Of a stretch of DNA of 64,000 bases, positions 49,657 to 58,552 are shown piece by piece. The position numbers and the translations under genes were made by a program. The DNA lies in IMG/VR virus record IMGVR_UViG_3300032236_001530, positions 1 through 64,000 of that record; one strand, 5' to 3'. The stretch comes from a virus. Numbering within the stretch: the first letter of the stretch is position 1; each line of letters starts with the position of its first letter. The notes under the pieces are model-generated. The model worked only from the letters and a program-made list of their open reading frames with translations. It had not been told where the DNA came from and ran no database searches.

Positions 49657-50709
49657 TTATTTTATTTTTAAGTGTATTTTTTCTTCATGTATTAAGATGT
49701 TATTCTCATATGCTTTTATTAAAAAACTATAAAAATTATCTTCTGTATTATATGAAGGTGCCATGAAGTAGTTTATATCTTTAGCTAAACTGATAGGTGT
49801 TGCATAAATTAAAAACCCATCATCGCTGTTGTAAATTTCAAACACCAAATTCATATCTCTTTGTACTTTTGTTATCTTAAAAGCGTTATCATATCTTGTA
49901 AAATTCAATGTAAAATCATGACTAAAAACTGATAGCTCTTCGTGTAAACAAGGTATCTCAACACCTCTTCCTTTATGAAAAGCCTCACTAAATTCAAGTT
50001 TATCCTTTTCTTCATTCCAATTATAAGTACACCTTAAATCAACTGGTATACTACCATCATATCCACAATATCTAAACCTTTGATATACTATTTTATCTTT
50101 AGACCTAATATCACTACTTAGCCAAGAATTGTGTTTTATATGAGCTACATTTTTTGGAATCTCTAAACCATTAGCATCACTTAATAAAACACCATTGTTA
50201 TAAGTGAATTGATTATCAAAGTAAAAGGAACTTATACCTCCATTTCTATCAGTTCTTATAATTCTTTCATGAGTGTAATCTTGGAATAGGTTTTCTTCTA
50301 TTGTTAAATTTTTAAAGTTAACAGAATACCAATCATTTTCAGGATTTTTGTTTATGAAGTCTATAATATTTAATATTTGCTCTTTTGTATAACATTCATC
50401 ACCATCCAATACCCATATTAAATCACAATTTTGTTTATTAAGTAAATTCAAACAAAGATTTCTACTCTCATCTTCTCCTAATAGATTTTTACCTTTTGTT
50501 GTTATTAAAAAGTCAATATCATATTCTGATAATATTTTAAGTGTTTCTTGATTTCTAAATGGTATACCTAATTTATAGTAGTCAGAAAACATACCGCTAT
50601 TGGCTGCTATCACAATCTCATTATCTTGCTTTAGTTCAAACCAAGGATCTAAACAATCTTTTATATACTTTTCGCAGTTATAAACCGTGAGTAATACTCC
50701 TATCTTCAT
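49657..50709 (-). CDS. GT-A fold (GT2-like) glycosyltransferase
   Basis: LLTVYNCEKYI…RN…WVLDGDE. Confidence 0.8.
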   Translation of the reverse strand: MKIGVLLTVYNCEKYIKDCLDPWFELKQDNEIVIAANSGMFSDYYKLGIPFRNQETLKILSEYDIDFLITTKGKNLLGEDESRNLCLNLLNKQNCDLIWVLDGDECYTKEQILNIIDFINKNPENDWYSVNFKNLTIEENLFQDYTHERIIRTDRNGGISSFYFDNQFTYNNGVLLSDANGLEIPKNVAHIKHNSWLSSDIRSKDKIVYQRFRYCGYDGSIPVDLRCTYNWNEEKDKLEFSEAFHKGRGVEIPCLHEELSVFSHDFTLNFTRYDNAFKITKVQRDMNLVFEIYNSDDGFLIYATPISLAKDINYFMAPSYNTEDNFYSFLIKAYENNILIHEEKIHLKIK

Positions 50710-50723
50710 ATAAAGTTTTTATT

Positions 50724-51488
50724 TTATTCTTTCCAAAAGTTTACGGTTCTTAAATCACCATTGCCTAAAAAAAGTACAAAGCTTTTGAATCCAAGTCTGT
50801 TCATTCTATTAACAAAATTCTCTTGAAAAGCATCAAAGTGTTCGTTTAGTTTGTGAAACTCACAAGATAAACATCTAAGTGATGACAAGTTTTCATCAGT
50901 AATTGCTGTTAAAACATCAACTTCACCACCTTCTATATCCATCTTCATGAAATCAATTTTATCAGAAAATGTACCAAATAAATCGTTTATACCAACTACA
51001 TAAGCTTTTTCTTGATGTATTACTGGTCTATTATTTACCGCTTCATCTTTTGATGAACCACCACCAATGTGAGTATAATCGGTATGAATTTTAAAATCTA
51101 CCCATTTATTTTGAGCACCTACCGCCATTTTATAAACTAATGTTTTAGGTCCTCTATTCTTAATTAGACAATTAAAGGTTGGAGTTAAAGGTTCGAATGA
51201 TATAACTTTAGAAGCGCCTCTAAATTCAGCTCTATGTGCGAATATACCAATGTTACCACCGATATCTAATACAACATCACCTTCTTTAATAAAACAACCA
51301 TATCTTTCATAATCACAACCATTATCATCATAAACGAAATTAGTAAACATTTCATGCCACATGTAATTGTTTCCATCAAACTCACCAGCGTGATATTTTT
51401 CTAGTGTAAAATTTTTATTTTCTTCTGATAAATCTCTTAGAACTTCATTTCCTTCTTTATCTAAAGTCCATATTTTTTTGTTTCCCAT
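50724..51488 (-). CDS. FkbM-family methyltransferase
   Basis: VLDIGGNIG, SFEP, IDFMKMDIEGGE. Confidence 0.9.
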   Translation of the reverse strand: MGNKKIWTLDKEGNEVLRDLSEENKNFTLEKYHAGEFDGNNYMWHEMFTNFVYDDNGCDYERYGCFIKEGDVVLDIGGNIGIFAHRAEFRGASKVISFEPLTPTFNCLIKNRGPKTLVYKMAVGAQNKWVDFKIHTDYTHIGGGSSKDEAVNNRPVIHQEKAYVVGINDLFGTFSDKIDFMKMDIEGGEVDVLTAITDENLSSLRCLSCEFHKLNEHFDAFQENFVNRMNRLGFKSFVLFLGNGDLRTVNFWKE

Positions 51489-51489
51489 A

Positions 51490-52161
51490 CTATCTTTTTT
51501 TAATTATTATTTTAATGTTTTCACCAACTCTGTGATTACTTATTAAATCCCAATCAGTATTTTCTTTTTGACACCAATGATATATCATAGAACCTTTACC
51601 AACTATATCATATGTGATATCAATTCTTTTAGATTCACCTGTATATTCACCATTTGATAGTTCGCTCCAATTAACCCAGGTTCCTTTAAGGAAGTTATCA
51701 TCAACTATCACTATTGAACCAGATGGCATTTTATCTTTTATAGCTACAAATTCAAGCCAACCATGCAACATGGAAGGAACCGGATTCATTAAATCTAAGT
51801 CACATGAATCTAAATGAACTAAATTTGGAGTACCATTATAACCTTCTAAAAACTTAACCGAGTCTGATACATAATGGTATATTTTTAATCCAGGTATATA
51901 CTTATCAAAAATTTCTTTACTTCTATTTACTATATCTTCGTAGATATCAACAGAGTGGTAAACCCCATATGTTGATTCAGTTATTTTTGCTAAATACAAT
52001 CCAAAACACCCATCTTCTAAATTTTGACTAGCGCCTGTCTCAATACACTCTACTTTATCAAAGTTAAAATGTTCTTTCAAAGCCAAATAAACATCATTTG
52101 ATTGGTTTATTCTTTTATCTGATATTGATTGGTAAAAGTCTAATTCTTTTTTAGTATCCAT
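51490..52161 (-). CDS. Class I SAM-dependent methyltransferase-like protein (start revised to MDTKK)
   Basis: IETG, SVDI, DSVKFL, LVHLDS, IVIVDD. Confidence 0.75.
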   Translation of the reverse strand: MDTKKELDFYQSISDKRINQSNDVYLALKEHFNFDKVECIETGASQNLEDGCFGLYLAKITESTYGVYHSVDIYEDIVNRSKEIFDKYIPGLKIYHYVSDSVKFLEGYNGTPNLVHLDSCDLDLMNPVPSMLHGWLEFVAIKDKMPSGSIVIVDDNFLKGTWVNWSELSNGEYTGESKRIDITYDIVGKGSMIYHWCQKENTDWDLISNHRVGENIKIIIKKR

Positions 52162-54038
52162 TATATCTTGTAAAAGTTTTCTATCTGTTGCATAACAGAT
52201 TCTGGTGTAATTGCTTTTGTACAAATGAATCTTCTTGCTTCATCATTTCTATAGACTGGGCACCATAACCAATCATTCGCATTAAATGGGTATTTATGAA
52301 AACAACCATGGCAAACTGATTCCTCATAGATTCTCAATGTTTTATCATCGATATATTCATTATCTTTTGATGTAGCATTTGAAATAATAACCGTTGGTTT
52401 ACCTAAACCTTGAGCAACCCAAGTCAAACCACTACTCAGACCAATAAACATTTCAGCGTGTTGAAGATAATTTAAAACTTCATTAAAAGGAAGACCTATT
52501 TTTCTAACCGCTTTACTTGGTACTTCATTCATATGACCCGGTATACCAAAAGAAAAATCTTTTTCTACAACAACAGGTGTTAAACCTTTCTTTCTTAACA
52601 TTTTACAAAGTTCATCCCAAGCACCTGGGTGGTTCCAGTATTTACATTGTGCTGTACTATGTACACCAATACAAACATACTTAGCTTTTATTGGTCTTTC
52701 GCCATTTGGTTTGTCTACTTTTAATACCGTGCCTTTATCACTTATATTAAAGTCTTTAGCATAACCTTCTAAAAGAGGAACATCAAATTTATATGTTGTT
52801 AAAATCTTCTCATTATGAGCTATGTTATTAACATACCAAATACCTTCTTCTGGTGTGAATTTAATATTAGCTTCATCCTTTTTATAAATCATTAGGTTAG
52901 GATATGAAGCTCTGAATAGTTCAGGTAATTTACAAATAACTGAAACATCTTTACCTGATTCCTGTCTCCACTTTTCTATAATAGCCATTGCACCAACACT
53001 ATCTCCTAAAGCATTACTTTGAATCTCAACTAATGTTCTTGGTTTAGTTATTTGTCTTTCTACCTTTATAACATCATTTGTTTTACCCCAAACATTTTTT
53101 ATTTCTTCCAGTACTGGAACATAAGATGGGTTACATTCAAAAGATGGTTTCTTTTCTAAACAAGTTGATATTAAAGTAACAGCTTGTATATGACCCCAAT
53201 CTCTTAAAGAGTATTTAAGATCTGATGCGCAGTGTAACTGACAACCACCAACAACATAAGAATATTTATATTGCTGTGAGCTTTTTCTCCAAGGTGCTCT
53301 ATACTCGGATTTAATAGAACTACCTAATTGGATTATATTTACATCTGTTGTACCGGCTAAATGTAATATACCAGAATCCATTGTGATAACACAATTCGAT
53401 TTGTTAATAATGTGCCAAGATTGGTCTAGTGTTGTCTTATTAGTCAAGTCTAAACCATTTTTAATATCTAATTTGAATACTGGTTTTAAAGTTGTTCCAC
53501 TATAATCAGATTCTTCTTTAGCATCTTTACCAATACTAACTACTGGTATACCTAACTCTTCAAGTGATATAATAAGTGCTTGCCAATTATATTTACTCCA
53601 AGTTCTTGAATCCCAAGATTGAGCTGGGTGAATAACAACATATTTTTCTGGTAGCTGAATTCCTGATAAACAAGACTCGTCTGATTGTGGAAAATAATCA
53701 CAATTCATTTCATCTGGGGTTAACATAAACCCTAAATCTTTTGCGTGGAACTGACGAATGTCACACATAGCATGTTTGAATTCGATACCACGAGAATCTG
53801 TTTTACCTAATAAAAAGAATGTTTTATGAAGGTTATATTTTTCAGATAGTTGTTCTTCTGTATATTGATTAAAGTCTAAGCTTTCATCTACATAAGGACA
53901 ATTCTTAAAAAGATAAGGATGATTTGATATAACCGTTATTGGTGATTGAAAAATTTGAGATAGCTTCTTTATTGTTGGTGTTGCTGATATAAGATCACCC
54001 ATAGCACCAGCTGAAGAATAAAATGCTTGTTTTTTCAT
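52161..54038 (-). CDS. Two-module glycosyltransferase: GT9-like plus TibC/Aah-like heptosyltransferase
   Basis: N-half MGD…VVIHP…TMDSGILHLA; C-half LGD…YVCIGVHSTAQCKYWN…IGLSSGLTWVA…VCHGC…WCP…FICTKAITP. Confidence 0.85.
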   Translation of the reverse strand: MKKQAFYSSAGAMGDLISATPTIKKLSQIFQSPITVISNHPYLFKNCPYVDESLDFNQYTEEQLSEKYNLHKTFFLLGKTDSRGIEFKHAMCDIRQFHAKDLGFMLTPDEMNCDYFPQSDESCLSGIQLPEKYVVIHPAQSWDSRTWSKYNWQALIISLEELGIPVVSIGKDAKEESDYSGTTLKPVFKLDIKNGLDLTNKTTLDQSWHIINKSNCVITMDSGILHLAGTTDVNIIQLGSSIKSEYRAPWRKSSQQYKYSYVVGGCQLHCASDLKYSLRDWGHIQAVTLISTCLEKKPSFECNPSYVPVLEEIKNVWGKTNDVIKVERQITKPRTLVEIQSNALGDSVGAMAIIEKWRQESGKDVSVICKLPELFRASYPNLMIYKKDEANIKFTPEEGIWYVNNIAHNEKILTTYKFDVPLLEGYAKDFNISDKGTVLKVDKPNGERPIKAKYVCIGVHSTAQCKYWNHPGAWDELCKMLRKKGLTPVVVEKDFSFGIPGHMNEVPSKAVRKIGLPFNEVLNYLQHAEMFIGLSSGLTWVAQGLGKPTVIISNATSKDNEYIDDKTLRIYEESVCHGCFHKYPFNANDWLWCPVYRNDEARRFICTKAITPESVMQQIENFYKI

Positions 54039-54083
54039 TAACTAATTAAAAATTTATAGTTATATGTTACAAGTATCAATTTG

Positions 54084-54842
54084 TTACAATAAATTAAAAT
54101 TATCTTTGTCTTTTATAAAAGGTAATTGTGTTCTTACCTTGTTTAATTCAAGCTTAGATAGTGTTGTAGTAAAAACATCCTCACTTTGTGAACTTATATA
54201 AAGCGTTTCACCTAAAGCATTTACTAAAGAAGTATCACCGTTATATGATAAATTATTACCGTCTTCACCAATTCTATTAACACCAATTACATAACATTGA
54301 TTCTCAATAGCTCTTGCTACTAATAAACTTCTCCAAGCCAATTTTCTTTTATTTGGCCAGTTAGCCACATAAATTAAAACATCATAATCTTCTACGTTTC
54401 TAGACCAAACAGGAAATCTTAAATCATAACAAATCAGTGGACAGATTTTCCAATCTTTATATTCAATAATTAATTTTGAATTACCTGGTGTATAATGTTC
54501 GTCTTCACCAGCAAATGAGAAAAGATGTCTTTTATCATAATGATGAATAGAACCATCAGGATTGACCCAAATAAATCGGTTGAAGTATTTACCTTCTTCT
54601 TCAATTATAATTGAACCACATATCGCTAAATCTTTCTCAGAGGCATTCTGCTTCATCCATTGAGTAGTTTTGCCGTCCATTTTTTCTGCATGTGGTTTTG
54701 GGTTCATTGTGAATCCAGTAGTAAACATTTCAGGTAAGATAATTAAATCAGATTCTATATTATCAATTTTACTTTGATAATTTTTAAGATTGGAATCTAT
54801 ATCTTCCCAGATTATATTAGTTTGTATTGTTGTTATGTTCAT
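54084..54842 (-). CDS. Nitrilase-family amidohydrolase (YafV/omega-amidase-like; start revised)
   Basis: LPEMFTTGF, YDKRHLF, ICYDLRFP, ARAIENQ. Confidence 0.9.
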   Translation of the reverse strand: MNITTIQTNIIWEDIDSNLKNYQSKIDNIESDLIILPEMFTTGFTMNPKPHAEKMDGKTTQWMKQNASEKDLAICGSIIIEEEGKYFNRFIWVNPDGSIHHYDKRHLFSFAGEDEHYTPGNSKLIIEYKDWKICPLICYDLRFPVWSRNVEDYDVLIYVANWPNKRKLAWRSLLVARAIENQCYVIGVNRIGEDGNNLSYNGDTSLVNALGETLYISSQSEDVFTTTLSKLELNKVRTQLPFIKDKDNFNLL

Positions 54843-55165
54843 TATATAGAAAAGGACTGACCGCAACCACAATTTCTTGAGGCATTGGGATTGTTAAATG
54901 TAAAACCTTTACCGTTAAGACCACCAGAGTAATCTAATTCTGTTCCAAATAAATAAAGAAAGCTTTTTTTATCACAAACAATCTTTACACCTTTGTCTTC
55001 AAATTCTTGATCGCCTTCACTTAATTTATCATCAAATGAAAGATCATAAGATAATCCAGAGCAACCACCACCTTTAACACCAACACGAATGAATGGATTG
55101 ATGAGGTCTTCTTCTTTCATTAATTTAATAGCTTGTTCTTTGGCAGACTCAGTTATAGTTATCAT
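54842..55165 (-). CDS. iscA: IscA/HesB A-type Fe-S carrier
   Basis: GGGCSGLSY, FNNPNASRNCGCGQSF. Confidence 0.93.
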   Translation of the reverse strand: MITITESAKEQAIKLMKEEDLINPFIRVGVKGGGCSGLSYDLSFDDKLSEGDQEFEDKGVKIVCDKKSFLYLFGTELDYSGGLNGKGFTFNNPNASRNCGCGQSFSI

Positions 55166-55179
55166 AATTAGTTATAATA

Positions 55180-55205
55180 AAAAAACCCCAAAAAGATGGG
55201 GTTTA
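55180..55205 (-). terminator. Intrinsic terminator
   Basis: aaacccca-aaaga-tggggttt with A-tract. Confidence 0.7.
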
Positions 55206-55224
55206 TTTTTATTTTTTATAAAAT

Positions 55225-55566
55225 TTATTTTAATTCTTCTGTAATTTCTTTAGCAATTTCTTTAGGGTCTTTATCAGGATTTGCAGCAATTGTATCAGCG
55301 ATTCTTTTATTAACCGCATCTTTTTTCTCTTTACTGAACTTTAAGTAGGATGGTAAAAAAGCACCACCTACTAAACCTAAAGCACCAAGTACACCCGATA
55401 CCGTTTCCCAGTTATAAACTAAGTCGTGAGTACCATCATAATGTGATTGTTGTAACCATTGTACAAAGTTATTATATATGTCAGATACAGCAGCAAAGTC
55501 GAATTCTTCGTTAACTTTAACTTCTTGTTTTTCTGAATAAGATTCAAATCTTTTAAGATGTTTCAT
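55225..55566 (-). CDS. N-tagged membrane protein (start revised)
   Basis: MKHLKRFESYSE…VNEE; TM helix VSGVLGALGLVGGAFL. Confidence 0.8.
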   Translation of the reverse strand: MKHLKRFESYSEKQEVKVNEEFDFAAVSDIYNNFVQWLQQSHYDGTHDLVYNWETVSGVLGALGLVGGAFLPSYLKFSKEKKDAVNKRIADTIAANPDKDPKEIAKEITEELK

Positions 55567-55660
55567 AATTAATATTTTTAATTTTATATACATTATATAT
55601 TAATTATGAAAATTACATTTTAATACTGAACTTTATTCATTAAAATTCATATTAAATATT

Positions 55661-55855
55661 ATAAAAAAATTCCTAATACTCACACTGGTATTATCTTTGG
55701 TTATATCTTCCTGTAAGAAAGAAAATACGGTTTTACCAAAACAAAATATTATTAAAGTAGATTCGTTGAAGGTGAATATACCACAAAAGGCAAAGCCAAG
55801 TACAAAAAAGAAAAGATGTCGTAGGATATTAAAACTACTACATCTTAAACATTAA
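55661..55855 (+). CDS. Lipoprotein-like ORF with ATA start (or start-loss pseudogene)
   Basis: (I)KKFLILTLVLSLVISS|CKKEN…; no in-frame ATG/GTG/TTG upstream. Confidence 0.5.
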   Translation: MKKFLILTLVLSLVISSCKKENTVLPKQNIIKVDSLKVNIPQKAKPSTKKKRCRRILKLLHLKH

Positions 55856-55857
55856 TA

Positions 55858-56217
55858 CTATTTTAGTATTTCATCTATTTTATTATCTCTTTTTATGTCT
55901 TTGTTATTAGATAGAAATTGACTCCAGGATTGCAGTAAACCATCATTCTTTCTAAGTTTTATTTGCTTTCTAACATTTATTTTTATAAGAAAAATTAAAA
56001 TAAATTGTAATATTTTATTTATACCGATTGATCTTAGCTCATAGAATTTACTATCTGTGTTTAACTTAAAGTACCAAACTTCACCATCAAAATCTTTTTT
56101 AATTGTTAAATACTTATTTGAGTAGAAGTCAGTTCTACCTTCGGTAGACCATTTACTATCTTTGCTAATTATTTCTCTTATAATAAATCTTCTTAAATCC
56201 TTAATTGAATTATCCAT
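55858..56217 (-). CDS. C-tagged hypothetical protein
   Basis: Ends KRDNKIDEILK. Confidence 0.8.
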   Translation of the reverse strand: MDNSIKDLRRFIIREIISKDSKWSTEGRTDFYSNKYLTIKKDFDGEVWYFKLNTDSKFYELRSIGINKILQFILIFLIKINVRKQIKLRKNDGLLQSWSQFLSNNKDIKRDNKIDEILK

Positions 56218-56237
56218 GTAAATATTAATTATTTTGT

Positions 56238-56498
56238 TTACTTTGATTTTTTCAACTCTTTTCTTGCAATCATTTTTAATTTAAGATTGTAGATTTCATG
56301 GTCTGTTAAACCAATAAATGAGTCAATTACTATTGTTTCTTCTTTTCCCTTAAAAGGTCTTTCTTTATATTCATCACTTAATTCATCATCATTTGTTTTT
56401 ACAACAATGACTTTTTTTAAAGTATCTGTTTTACTTACGGTTTGAGAAAAAGTAAATAAAGGTAATATAAATAAGGTTAGTGTGAATATTTTCTTCAT
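56238..56498 (-). CDS. Secreted hypothetical protein
   Basis: Signal TFS|Q; TATATTTG upstream. Confidence 0.75.
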   Translation of the reverse strand: MKKIFTLTLFILPLFTFSQTVSKTDTLKKVIVVKTNDDELSDEYKERPFKGKEETIVIDSFIGLTDHEIYNLKLKMIARKELKKSK

Positions 56499-56521
56499 AT
56501 AACAAATATAGTTAATTTTTA

Positions 56522-56722
56522 TCAGTCTTCAAAATTATTATCATCTTCATTTAAAAAATCTTCATAAATCTGAAACTCTTCTAATCTCCATAACATCTTA
56601 CCCGCTTCATCCAATTCATCAAACTTTTCCCAATCTCTATTTCTTCTAGCATAAAATATTTGTTGCATAGTTAGCTTTTCGGAAATTTTAATTAAATTAT
56701 AATTTAAAAGATCTTTATTCAT
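56522..56722 (-). CDS. Hypothetical protein
   Basis: ORF; AATATATA upstream on minus strand. Confidence 0.65.
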   Translation of the reverse strand: MNKDLLNYNLIKISEKLTMQQIFYARRNRDWEKFDELDEAGKMLWRLEEFQIYEDFLNEDDNNFED

Positions 56723-56769
56723 AATTATTTTATATATTTAAACTTAAATTTCTAAAAAAGTATAATAGT

Positions 56770-56910
56770 ATGCAAAATTTAATTTACAAGATTCAAAGAT
56801 GGTTCGACTTAAATTTATCTTGGTTCTTCATCAATGCTCGTAAACAAGAAGCTTGGTGTGAACATCTTAAAGAAAAGTATCCTGAAGATTACCAAAAAAG
56901 TATTAAATAA
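56770..56910 (+). CDS. Small hypothetical protein (46 aa), not in ORF track
   Basis: MQNLIYKIQRWFDLNLSWFFINARKQEAWCEHLKEKY…. Confidence 0.6.
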   Translation: MQNLIYKIQRWFDLNLSWFFINARKQEAWCEHLKEKYPEDYQKSIK

Positions 56911-56925
56911 ATTAAAATAAAAAAT

Positions 56926-57111
56926 ATGATAGAATCTATGGGAGACGCAGAAATGTCAGCAGCACCAAGTTATCGTTGGGAAAATCAACAATACTTGTTG
57001 AAAACGATTATGAACCAATTAGGAATGACTGAACAAGATTTAGAAAAAGATCCTTCTTGGGTTAAAGCCAAAGTAAGAGAATCTAATATTGATAAAGTAT
57101 TAGAAAACTAA
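56926..57111 (+). CDS. C-tagged small protein (only plus-strand member)
   Basis: Ends VRESNIDKVLEN. Confidence 0.75.
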   Translation: MIESMGDAEMSAAPSYRWENQQYLLKTIMNQLGMTEQDLEKDPSWVKAKVRESNIDKVLEN

Positions 57112-57115
57112 AAAT

Positions 57116-57142
57116 AAAACCTCTCAATTGAGAGGTTTTTTT
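57116..57142. terminator. Bidirectional intrinsic terminator
   Basis: aaaacctctcaa-ttgagaggtttt. Confidence 0.8.
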
Positions 57143-57536
57143 ATTTTAACTTGTGCCAGAACTTTTCAGGTAAATGGATATTTTCAACATTGATAGCTTC
57201 CATAAAAAGAGGAGCTATATCTTTTGGTTTATAACCAGCCAATCCACAACCAATCTCAGTAACTAAAAATATCAAATTAGGATTATTTTTAGCAAATTCA
57301 ATAAACTCATCAACAAAGGGTTTAATCTCTGTTATTGTTAATGTTCTTTTAATAGAAGCATCTTTTGTAGGTATACCATAAGTTCTACCTTGTAGACCAG
57401 CGGCTTGACCCCACTTAGCACCCCAACCTAAAGCAGTTTTAGCAGCACCTTTTCCATGTCGACCTGATAGATTTGAACCAAAAACAAATATGTTTCCAGT
57501 CTCAAGCTTCTTTATATTATCTGGTGTTATTCTCAT
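57141..57536 (-). CDS. Conserved phage macrodomain-like protein (A1S_2505-type)
   Basis: IFVFGSNLSGRHGKGAA, YGIPTK, VTEIGCGLAG. Confidence 0.75.
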   Translation of the reverse strand: MRITPDNIKKLETGNIFVFGSNLSGRHGKGAAKTALGWGAKWGQAAGLQGRTYGIPTKDASIKRTLTITEIKPFVDEFIEFAKNNPNLIFLVTEIGCGLAGYKPKDIAPLFMEAINVENIHLPEKFWHKLK

Positions 57537-57596
57537 TTTAGTTGTATTAATTAAATTAAATTTGTTTTTTCGAGTTGTTAATTAAATATATAGAGT

Positions 57597-58511
57597 ATGA
57601 AGCATATAAAAGAATTTAGTCTTTTTGAATCAGTTCATGAGAATTCTTGGGATTATAATGAATTAATGGGTAGACTTTTACACCTATATGGTTCTATTCC
57701 AGTTCCTAAAGAAAAATCATCTGTTGTTATAAGTAAAATTATTCAATCATCAATGGGTGAGTTATTTACTCTTGGTGAAAATGTTGATATTAACTTTTGT
57801 AAAGTACATGATAAAATTAGATTTAGTGACTATTTTGATTCTTTACTTGAAGATAAAGATGTAAGAGGTCATAACTTTGAAGGTCTTGTATGTGGTCTTT
57901 TTGGTGGTAGACTATCAACAAGAGGTGCTAAATACGACTTAACAATTGATAGTCAAAGATATAGTGTGAAATTCGTAGACCATAAAAATAAAGCACCTGA
58001 AATTGGCAGATTCAAAAGTATTATAACAACTAAGAAAAATGTAAACCAAGCCGTTATAGATGGTGGTGGTTTAACAAATGTTTTCAGAGGCACTGATACT
58101 AGATTAAAAAGAAAAATATGGAACGCTATTACTCCTGAAATTGATGGCTGGATTTTAGCTTACCCGGATAATATTGATAACCCCACAAACATTGTATTAA
58201 ATGTTGTTGATAAACCAGAAATGTTTAGAATTATAAATGAAGGTTTTGTTGTGGCACCAAAAGGCGGTTATAATGATATTTACTCACTTGCTTTAAGTTC
58301 AAGATATATTAATGAAGGTGATTATATAAAAAGTGTTATTAAAATTCCTCAAGTTTCTTTTGCTGAATTAAAAGAAGAATATAAAACAATTCAAGATGAA
58401 AACTGGGCAGTGAGTGTATTTGGTAATATGGGTTATAAAATGAGACCCGATGTTCTTAGATATATTAGAATGAATAAAGAAACAATTATTAAAAGGCTTA
58501 GTGAAATTTAA
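57597..58511 (+). CDS. N-tagged protein, possible restriction-endonuclease-like fold
   Basis: MKHIKEFSLFES; RGHNFEGLV…KYDL…YSVK resembles a PD-(D/E)XK variant. Confidence 0.7.
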   Translation: MKHIKEFSLFESVHENSWDYNELMGRLLHLYGSIPVPKEKSSVVISKIIQSSMGELFTLGENVDINFCKVHDKIRFSDYFDSLLEDKDVRGHNFEGLVCGLFGGRLSTRGAKYDLTIDSQRYSVKFVDHKNKAPEIGRFKSIITTKKNVNQAVIDGGGLTNVFRGTDTRLKRKIWNAITPEIDGWILAYPDNIDNPTNIVLNVVDKPEMFRIINEGFVVAPKGGYNDIYSLALSSRYINEGDYIKSVIKIPQVSFAELKEEYKTIQDENWAVSVFGNMGYKMRPDVLRYIRMNKETIIKRLSEI

Positions 58512-58519
58512 TTAGTAAT

Positions 58520-58552
58520 AAAAAAGCCTCAGATTTCTCTGAGGCTTTTTTT
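58520..58552. terminator. Bidirectional intrinsic terminator
   Basis: aaaaagcctcag-atttct-ctgaggcttttt; same core as 31692. Confidence 0.85.
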
